Source of the DNA: Candidatus Latescibacterota bacterium
GTDB taxonomy: Bacteria > Latescibacterota > UBA2968 > UBA8231
Assembly (NCBI GenBank): GCA_965248265.1
Contig: CBDFJF010000002.1
Location: 2,048,001 to 2,112,000 of the forward strand
Reading direction: 5' to 3'
Length of the DNA: 64,000 nt
Part shown: positions 18,401 through 25,335 of the stretch, piece after piece
Position numbering within the stretch: position 1 is the stretch's first letter
Layout of the letters: every line of letters begins with the position of its first letter
Program-made: the position numbers and the translations under genes
Notes under the pieces: model-generated
Database searches by the model: none
The model's input: only the letters and a program-made list of their open reading frames with translations
Told to the model about the DNA's origin: nothing

Positions 18401-20105
18401 TACCGTGCTGACGTTCACGGTGCTGTCATTCACTTCAGCGAAGCAGGCGATACGATTCGTCGGTTTCGAGAAGGACTGGTCGCCTTCTTACGCTGGTGTT
18501 CTCATGCACGACGTGCACTGGTGGTCGTGGGAGCCGACGAATCTGGATTACCTGCTGTCCCACTTCGGTGAGCACGGCACGGTGGTGTCGCGCAACTGGT
18601 TGACGATGGGCTGGCGCGGCGATGGGTTTGTGCCCATTCGCCGGGGAGACCTCGAGGCGCGGGCAATGGGTGTTGTTGGGCTCTCGGTGGATGAACCCGC
18701 GGTGACGGGACTCGACCGGGCGCTCACGGCTGGAACCTGGTTCGGTCACACCGCTGCCGAGGAGGGGATAATCCTATCGGGTGAGCTGGCCGCGCAGCTG
18801 GACATCACGGAGCCGGAAGTCAACGGCGGTACCGGCGTTGAAGCGCCGCAGGTCTCATTGCTGGGCCGCTCCTGGAGTGTGATTGGCCTCTTCGACGCCG
18901 AGATCTACGAAGGTATTCACGACCTGAACAACGAACCTGTGACTCCGGCCAAGCAACGGTTTGAGCAATTCAGCCTGCCGGGGATGGATCACTTGATGGA
19001 AAGCAGCAACGTGTTCTGGGATTCGAACGTCGACATCGGCTACGAGCACACGCCGGCGAGCCGGCTGGCCATACTGCCTTTCGATCAAATGAGGGAGATG
19101 GGGGTGAAACTGCGCTCGGTGGCCGTCGCCCTGGATGAACCGGAAGCAGCAAGGGAACTGGTCGAGAGTTACCTGACGCGTGCCGCCTTCCGTTTGTTCG
19201 CCAGCCTGCCTGATGACGACGGCACACAGCGCGCCTATTCCTACACATCGCTGGCCGTGACCGGACTGGAAGGATTCGGCCATCTCCTCATTCCTCTGTT
19301 GATCGCCGCCCTTATCGTACTCAACACGATGATGGGTGCCGTGTACGAGCGCCATCAGGAGATTGGTGTTTACTCTTCGGTCGGCCTGGCTCCCGTCCAC
19401 ATAGCATTCCTCTTCATCGCCGAAGCGTGCGTCTATGGCGTCCTCGGCATCACCCTCGGATATCTCATCGGACAAACCGGTGCGAAGCTGCTGCTGGCAT
19501 TCGATCTGTTACAGGGGGTGTCGTTGAATTACTCCTCGACCTCCGCCATCGCCGCCGCGCTCCTGGTCATGGCCGTCGTCGTCATCTCGACACTGTACCC
19601 TGCCAGGATTGCATCGCAGGTGGCCGTGCCCGATGTCGTGCGCCGCTGGCAGCTACCCGATCCTGAGGACGATACGTGGCAGTTCGCTTTCCCGTTCACG
19701 GCGAACGCGCAGGTCATCCAGAGTTTGTGCGGTTACCTGCATTCGTATTTCTGCTCCTACGGTCACGAGTCGGTCGGCAAGATGTACACGGAGAAGACGC
19801 GCATCGTCACTGCTGAGGAGGACGGTAAGCCCGTTTATTCGGTGCAATTGCTGCTGTGGTTGGCTCCCTTCGACATGGGAGTAAGCGAGTACCTGCAGTT
19901 CACGATGGCTCCCAGTGATATCCCGGGGATTTACGGTATTCGACTGTATATCGAGCGCATCAGTGGCCCGATCGCGTTCTGGCAACGGCTGAATCTGCGC
20001 TTCATGCTGGAGCTGCGAAAACAGTTCCTGGTGTGGCAGACGCTGGGGGATGAGCTGCAGGAGCAACACAGCCAGCATGCCCGTCAGGTGATTCAGCATG
20101 AATAA
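15474..20105 (+). CDS. Large fusion: PA/M28-peptidase-like ectodomain plus FtsX/MacB-like permease
   Basis: Signal peptide. GELIYAGNG (PA domain), NIWGIVPGTDP...VHAYYD (M28-like), GISNMRRRALRTSLT and NTMMGAVYERHQEIGVYSSVGLAP (FtsX). Confidence 0.82.
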   Translation: MHGSPQLLFICVAALLCGGWTSAHGKQLRLKETITALSTQGSRLAGYPGDRFAADLVERELIAAGVEGVTREPYEVVVPMDHGASLRILRSDGNSHSDEPKIELKSLWPNLVRTNTLGPQGLEGELIYAGNGDYADFNGERVQGSIALMEFNSGKNWKNAAALGVAAVIFIEPEETSRIESRRKWSWAPVHVPRFWIDRASGSALRQRVEDAGGLRVRLQARMDWELHKTWNIWGIVPGTDPELADELVAVHAYYDGISVVPADNPAAESASSIAGLLEFAHYLKAHPPGRPVALVATGSHFLGHKGVFEFFDRHARTDPLLKSRMPKRLVADGVDTRRLVAAVQERGLDLDSLGVVLRPAADSLQAPVFDSADIEKLAAYVKLRRLDPDTLGVPLEPDSLAIALFVALDLSSRSRQVGLIHSARQPEHRRMFVPLGRSFTRYAAAAATKHGRRPDGLVNLISPIKGLSEDTYLYYGSYVEAGEAARDVGIMALNLVTTTDARLVIDTPLDTPDKVDFVNLQHQSEMINQVLHKALGDPDLFGPNAIDNRKSHEKNITDERATIAGRLRLLPKRDATPVDPVPNAVVVIVDNFYDDSWRPGVYLADEDGNYQAGVRRWKCEVMGFQLDETTGDITYATDMGERAQAIGKFEQTPSKAETVWTTILFPSESMEIHERIHAHRHWTFGNFHEDMKILDHRGATPRQYGFALGDYDEQMMVLFSTSGDSLRLVDESMVLLNNEGARDEIEGQGHGFDLSTSKMVPWAGMQSAEDMWRLDELRIERMRRFAIENPRVDALHERARLSLERATEAMEALDWGHYAKYVREALGFEYRAYPDVKGTQSDVLNGLVFFVALLIPAAFFSERLIFASTDIRRQLTLFGLILLVVWIVLAQVHPAFGLAHPIIVLLALMVLVTAFFVISLIAGRFNGFMDELREMRTGTVEGDISRAGTAYVAFMLGISNMRRRALRTSLTLGTITVLTFTVLSFTSAKQAIRFVGFEKDWSPSYAGVLMHDVHWWSWEPTNLDYLLSHFGEHGTVVSRNWLTMGWRGDGFVPIRRGDLEARAMGVVGLSVDEPAVTGLDRALTAGTWFGHTAAEEGIILSGELAAQLDITEPEVNGGTGVEAPQVSLLGRSWSVIGLFDAEIYEGIHDLNNEPVTPAKQRFEQFSLPGMDHLMESSNVFWDSNVDIGYEHTPASRLAILPFDQMREMGVKLRSVAVALDEPEAARELVESYLTRAAFRLFASLPDDDGTQRAYSYTSLAVTGLEGFGHLLIPLLIAALIVLNTMMGAVYERHQEIGVYSSVGLAPVHIAFLFIAEACVYGVLGITLGYLIGQTGAKLLLAFDLLQGVSLNYSSTSAIAAALLVMAVVVISTLYPARIASQVAVPDVVRRWQLPDPEDDTWQFAFPFTANAQVIQSLCGYLHSYFCSYGHESVGKMYTEKTRIVTAEEDGKPVYSVQLLLWLAPFDMGVSEYLQFTMAPSDIPGIYGIRLYIERISGPIAFWQRLNLRFMLELRKQFLVWQTLGDELQEQHSQHARQVIQHE

Positions 20106-20221
20106 GGCGCAATCAAAACGCGAACGAAGACTGTCCTCGCTGTGCTCGGCCAGTCTTTTGGAGTTCGCTTCGCGAACTCCCGGGGTGAATTGGCTTGAAT
20201 AAGGTGCAATCAAAACGCGAA
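20099..20221 (+). repeat. 26-bp direct repeat of a gene start flanking a hairpin-rich 71-bp insert
   Basis: TGAATAAGG(C/T)GCAATCAAAACGCGAA at 20099 and 20196. Inner hairpins AAGACTG...CAGTCTT and GGAGTTCGC-ttc-GCGAACTCC. Confidence 0.85.
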
Positions 20222-22897
20222 AGGCAGTACGAGGAGGTTAACGAGTATCGTGACCTGCTGTCGGCGCCAGACCGGTTTGAGGAAGGGTTTACCAGGCGAA
20301 CGGTAATCGGGGTCATCTTCATTGCCCTGATCATGATCCCGGGGCAGATGTATTTGAGTCTGGTAACCGGGATCGGCATCGGGGATGCGGCGCAGTGGGT
20401 GACGGTGATTCTGTTTCTGGAGGTTGCCAAGCGTTCGTTCACGACGCTGAAGCGCCAGGAAATCTTTTTGCTGACGTATGTCGCCTCGCAGCTGATCGTA
20501 CGCGCCGAGACGCAGACCTTTCTGCAGTTGATATGGCGGCAATATTTCGTCGGCTCACCAGAGGCCAGGCAGTTCGGGCTGACGGAGAAGCTCGTGGGAC
20601 TGCAGTACATGGGGTTGCCCTGGTTTTCGCCCTCTCCCGATTCTCCGGCGGTTATAGAGCGGTCCTTTTTTCACGTGGAGTGGGCCCTGCCGATTCTCCT
20701 GATGGTGCTCGCCATCATCGTCGGCCGAGTTACCTGGTTCACATCCGGTTACGCGCTGTTTCGCCTCGTTTCGGACAAGGAGCGCCTGCCCTTTCCGACG
20801 GCGCCACAGCAGGCACTTGGGGCGATGGCGCTGGCCGAAGAGAGTGGCGCCGAGGCGGAGACCTGGAAGTGGCGCACGTTTTCCGTTGGTGGTACGATCG
20901 GCCTCGTCTTCGGCTTCGTCTACGTCGCCATCCCGATGCTTACCGAGACGTTCGCTGGCACCAAGGTAGAAATTTTTCCGATACCGTTCGTCGACCTGAC
21001 GCCGATTCTTGGACAGCACTTCGGCGCCACGCCCATCGCGATCAGTTTCAGTCTGTCACCGATCTTCGCGGGCTTGCTGCTGCCTTTCTGGAGCGTGATG
21101 GGATCGTTCGCCGGGGTGATTTTCTTCATCGTGGCATCGCCGTTGCTGCATCACTACGGGATGATGCCGCACTGGGTTCCCGGCATGAGCGCGGTGCAGA
21201 CGCAGATCACGTCCGGTGTGGACTTCTGGCAGCCGTTCGCCATGGGTGTCACGTTGGCAGTTACCGCGATCAGCATCGGTCAGGTCGTGCGCGCTGGCAG
21301 GCAGCGGCGTGAAGACAGTGAGAGCGAGGCCGCTGCAACGACACCCGGCACGGGGCAATGCGCGCATGCTGAGTGCAAGAACGAGGCGCGGGTTCGTGGA
21401 TACTGTCTCGAACACCTGAACAGGGGCGATTTCTCACTGTGGATCTGTATCGCCCTGTTCTTCCTGGCGTCCGCGTATTCCATCATCCTGGCAAAGACGC
21501 TGTTTCCGATGCTGGTGAGCAGTAGCATGCTGGTCTTCATGCTCTTCATCGCGTTCCTCTACGGACCGATGATGTCCTTCGTGTCGGCGCGTCTCGACGG
21601 GTTGATCGGTCAGCAGATCCAGATCCCCTACATGCAAGAGGCGACCGTCTTTCTGATCGGCTACCGTGGCGTCGAAATCTGGTTCGTGCCCCTGGCCGCA
21701 TCCGATTACGGTGGCGGGGCGGAAACCTTCCGCGTCATGGAACTGACCGGGATGCGGTTTACGAGTCTGCTCAAAGCAGAGCTCGTGATGATCCCGATCG
21801 TCCTGGGTGCCAGCCTCGTGTACTGGAGTCTCCTGTGGAAGCTGGCGCCGATACCGTCAGACGCCTATCCGTACGTGCAGACTTTCTGGCCGGCGCGCGC
21901 CTTCCAGGAGGCGGTGAAATACTCGGCGACGCAGTATAGCCGTCTGTGGCGCGCTGGTGAAGAGGTAGAGGAGGAAGGGGAAGGCGCGATCGTGGCTCCC
22001 GGACAGGTGGTCTGGAGTCCGGCCAACCTGCAGGACAACGCTCTCTACTACTGGCGGGCGCGAGTGGCCGCGCCGGTAGATACGATAAATGGCATTAGCG
22101 TGAGTGTGCGCAACCCGCGTTTGCGGCGACACAGTCCATGGTCACGTGTGGGGTACTTCTATACCGACTTCAGCACCAGCGGGTCTGAACGCTCTCCTCC
22201 GGTCGTTGCCGCGCGCGGGTTCGACAAGAAGGCCGATGAGAGTCTGCCGCTGGCGTCTCTGGACAGTCCCGCCGACGGTACGGTGGTGTCCGAGGCTGAA
22301 GCCTTTTTCCGAGTGACCATGGAGCCCGAATGGGACGACCCGGTCGAGGTCGTCTTTGAGTTGGATACCGATCCGGAGTTTAACGGTGATTTTTTCCAGG
22401 GATCCTCCGAGCGACCCATGTTCTTTCAGATCTACTGGGAGGATCTGACCTCGACCGGGGACGGCCGCGACGACGACTCCGACGGCATTGCCGACGAAGA
22501 GTGGCTGAACCAGAAAGACGATGACGGCGATGGGTTGGTCGACGAAGATGTTCACCATCCCCTGCGCGGAGAGAAGTGGCCGATCGTCGGGATCGGCGCG
22601 ACGTTCGGGCTGGTGCTCTACCTCGTTCTCGGTTTCTTCGGCATGCCCATGTTCTTCGTCTGGGGCTACATCCGAGCGGTGGCGACGTCAGGTGTGGCGA
22701 CATTCTTCTCGCTGCTGACGGAAGTGATCGGAGCTCTGATCGCCAAGTACTACTTCTGGCCCCGGTACGGAAAACAGCAGTGGCGCCAGTACGCGATGGT
22801 CCTCGCCGTCGGCTTCGGTGTGGGGATGTCGCTGATCGGTATGTGCTCGGCCGCCATACTGATGGTAGTGAAGGCGGTTTCGCCCATGCAGTTTTGA
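20195..22897 (+). CDS. OPT-like (oligopeptide transporter-related) membrane protein with inserted soluble domains
   Basis: FEEGFTRRTVIG, ERLPFPTAP and many TM segments. Inserts include a Cys/His cluster, an FN3-like YYWRARV segment and DxDxDG repeats. Confidence 0.75.
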   Translation: MNKVQSKRERQYEEVNEYRDLLSAPDRFEEGFTRRTVIGVIFIALIMIPGQMYLSLVTGIGIGDAAQWVTVILFLEVAKRSFTTLKRQEIFLLTYVASQLIVRAETQTFLQLIWRQYFVGSPEARQFGLTEKLVGLQYMGLPWFSPSPDSPAVIERSFFHVEWALPILLMVLAIIVGRVTWFTSGYALFRLVSDKERLPFPTAPQQALGAMALAEESGAEAETWKWRTFSVGGTIGLVFGFVYVAIPMLTETFAGTKVEIFPIPFVDLTPILGQHFGATPIAISFSLSPIFAGLLLPFWSVMGSFAGVIFFIVASPLLHHYGMMPHWVPGMSAVQTQITSGVDFWQPFAMGVTLAVTAISIGQVVRAGRQRREDSESEAAATTPGTGQCAHAECKNEARVRGYCLEHLNRGDFSLWICIALFFLASAYSIILAKTLFPMLVSSSMLVFMLFIAFLYGPMMSFVSARLDGLIGQQIQIPYMQEATVFLIGYRGVEIWFVPLAASDYGGGAETFRVMELTGMRFTSLLKAELVMIPIVLGASLVYWSLLWKLAPIPSDAYPYVQTFWPARAFQEAVKYSATQYSRLWRAGEEVEEEGEGAIVAPGQVVWSPANLQDNALYYWRARVAAPVDTINGISVSVRNPRLRRHSPWSRVGYFYTDFSTSGSERSPPVVAARGFDKKADESLPLASLDSPADGTVVSEAEAFFRVTMEPEWDDPVEVVFELDTDPEFNGDFFQGSSERPMFFQIYWEDLTSTGDGRDDDSDGIADEEWLNQKDDDGDGLVDEDVHHPLRGEKWPIVGIGATFGLVLYLVLGFFGMPMFFVWGYIRAVATSGVATFFSLLTEVIGALIAKYYFWPRYGKQQWRQYAMVLAVGFGVGMSLIGMCSAAILMVVKAVSPMQF

Positions 22898-22973
22898 GGT
22901 CCACCTCGCTTCAACCCGCAACAACCAACACCACGTGCCGGTATGAGCACGCAAACATCGTTGAGGAGCCAAC

Positions 22974-24191
22974 GTGAAGATTACCGATATCGACATCATG
23001 CACATGAATCCGGCGATCGCCGCACGAAACGCCGACCAAAAGGCCCGCTTCAACAAGATCGACACCCAGACGCTGTTCAAGGTTGCCACGGATAACGGCA
23101 TCACTGGATACGGAGACAACCGTGGACACGTCTCCATCCCCGAGAAGGACGTGGAAAGGCTGATCGGATGCTCGCCATTCGATTTCGTCAACGCCGTTCT
23201 GCACCCAGGCCTCATGGGGGCACTCTACGATGTAATGGGTAAGCACCTGGAGGTACCAGCCTACAAGCTCATGGGGCAGAAGAGGCGTGACCGCGTGGCT
23301 GTCGCCGCATGGACCCGGCCGGCAAGTCCTGAAGACCTGGCAGCGGAGGTTGAGCGGGCTGCTGCCGATGGCTACATGATATTCAAGATGCACACGTGCG
23401 CCCACTACGACGTCTTCGAGCAGAATCGCGCCGTCGAGGAGGTGGCGCCGACGGGGTTCAAGATGCATTACGACTTCAACCACAATCGCGTGTCGACGGA
23501 CGTTCTGCGACTGGTCCAGGAGCTGGAAAAGTCGTCGGTGGTGGGTTTTCTGGAGGATCCGCTGGTGTGGCGTGACATTGACGGCTGGCGTCGCCTGCGG
23601 GAGAAGACCTTCATTCCGATCCTCATGCATGTTCCCCAGCTGGGTGGGGGCCCCGAAATCATACATGGGTGCGCGGATCTCTACATGGTCGGCGAGAATG
23701 ACAGCGTCGGTGGCACCATGGCCCGGGGCTTCGCGTGCGCCGAGGCCAACGTGTCGACGGTGCTGCAGCTGACGGGCGGAACGCTCACCAAGGCCCTGGC
23801 CCTGCACATGGCAGCGGTACTGCCCAACATCTCCCACACCATCAACCTGGACGACCAGTACGCGGAGGATGCGACGGGACAACGCATCGAAGTGTTCGAG
23901 GGCAGCTCGCCGGTCCCTGAGGGGCCGGGGCTGGGATTTGAGGTGGACGAAGAGATCGTCAAGCGGTTGGCAGCCAATCCGCCAACGCAGATACCCCGGC
24001 ACATCGGGATCTTGCACTTGCCGGGTGGTCACAAGCTCTACACGATCTCCTTCCCCGGAGTAAGTCGAATGACGGGTTTTGCCGAAGGCAACATCCGTGG
24101 CCTGAAGCTGGAGATTTGGAATGATGACGACTCACCGGAGTTCGCCGATTGCTTCGAGCGGCTCCAAAGGGAAGGATCGTTTCGGGAATGA
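22974..24191 (+). CDS. Mandelate racemase/muconate-lactonizing enzyme (enolase superfamily) protein
   Basis: ALYDVMGKHLEVPAYKLMG, FKMH, YDFNH, FLEDP, VPEGPGLGFEVDE. Confidence 0.88.
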   Translation: MKITDIDIMHMNPAIAARNADQKARFNKIDTQTLFKVATDNGITGYGDNRGHVSIPEKDVERLIGCSPFDFVNAVLHPGLMGALYDVMGKHLEVPAYKLMGQKRRDRVAVAAWTRPASPEDLAAEVERAAADGYMIFKMHTCAHYDVFEQNRAVEEVAPTGFKMHYDFNHNRVSTDVLRLVQELEKSSVVGFLEDPLVWRDIDGWRRLREKTFIPILMHVPQLGGGPEIIHGCADLYMVGENDSVGGTMARGFACAEANVSTVLQLTGGTLTKALALHMAAVLPNISHTINLDDQYAEDATGQRIEVFEGSSPVPEGPGLGFEVDEEIVKRLAANPPTQIPRHIGILHLPGGHKLYTISFPGVSRMTGFAEGNIRGLKLEIWNDDDSPEFADCFERLQREGSFRE

Positions 24192-24399
24192 AAGAAAAAC
24201 GCTGGATCAACCCCTTGTGCAAGGGGAACGAAGGGTGACAATCGTTGTGGTTAGGTGATGGACGACCGGCTGTTGGCGCCGTTTCGTCGCCTGGGGCGGC
24301 GCTGATGTATTTTCCCCGGCGAAACAAGGGCTGTTACCTGATGAGTGCCGATCGGATCTTCCGCAACCGCCGGACGGCCTTCCTAAACATCCCTGGAGC

Positions 24400-25191
24400 G
24401 TGGCTCGAGGGCTATTCAGAAAGGAGACTTACTTGGCCACACCACGATCCGTCGTGCGCAACTGGCGCGACAGCGAATCCTATCTCGGCCACGACAACGC
24501 CATAATCTGGCCGATGTTGTTGCCGGTGAGCGAGGACGATGCGTCCCCTCACCACTGCCTGACTCATCTCAGCGGCTTCGCCGGACATTCTCTGCAGGGC
24601 GGCAAGAGCACGGACTATCACTCCCACGAGAATGCGGAGCAGTACTATTACATCCTCTCGGGCGAAATGGAAGTGCGTATCGAGGACGACCGCTTCCCGG
24701 TGAGCGAGGGCTCAGTCACCTACTTCCCACCTGGAGTCAAGCACCAGCTCATCGGCGACAGCTGCCCGGACTGGATGCAGTACCTCATCATCACCTGTCC
24801 GGTCGACGCCGCCGTCGACGCCAGCCAGAGCCAGTCCCGTATCATCAACTGGCGCGACGCCTCGCCCGCCATCGGCAATCACGGTAAGGCGGTAACCTGG
24901 CAACTACTGGAGCGGCTCGGGGCAACCGAACCGGCCACCGATCAACCCTGTCTGTTGGCCTTCCACTACCTGGCGCGTCAAGCGTTGGGCCGCGGTCAGG
25001 CTTCCGACATGCATCAGCACGATGACAAGGAACAGATTTACTACGTCACCGAGGGGGAAGGCGTGGTTGTAACCGAGTACGAGGCCCATGGCGTGCGCGA
25101 AGGGGACGCGGTCTACCTGCCTCGCTCAGTGCCCCACATGATCCTCAACGACGCCTGCGACGACTGGCTGTCATACCTGGTCGTGAGTTGA
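24400..25191 (+). CDS. Bicupin protein
   Basis: Two cupin motifs: HSHENAEQYYYILSG...PPGVKH and HQHDDKEQIYYVTEG...PRSVPH. Confidence 0.88.
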   Translation: MARGLFRKETYLATPRSVVRNWRDSESYLGHDNAIIWPMLLPVSEDDASPHHCLTHLSGFAGHSLQGGKSTDYHSHENAEQYYYILSGEMEVRIEDDRFPVSEGSVTYFPPGVKHQLIGDSCPDWMQYLIITCPVDAAVDASQSQSRIINWRDASPAIGNHGKAVTWQLLERLGATEPATDQPCLLAFHYLARQALGRGQASDMHQHDDKEQIYYVTEGEGVVVTEYEAHGVREGDAVYLPRSVPHMILNDACDDWLSYLVVS

Positions 25192-25335
25192 TGATCCGGA
25201 CTACAGCTCCCGGTTGAAGGCCGGATCCACGGCTCGGTGTCGCGTTCACGTGCCCTCCGTGCGCCGGTTGCGGTGCGCCGATTCAGGCTTATCATACCTC
25301 AGGCCGTTGAGACTGTGAATGGAGGAGGACAACAA

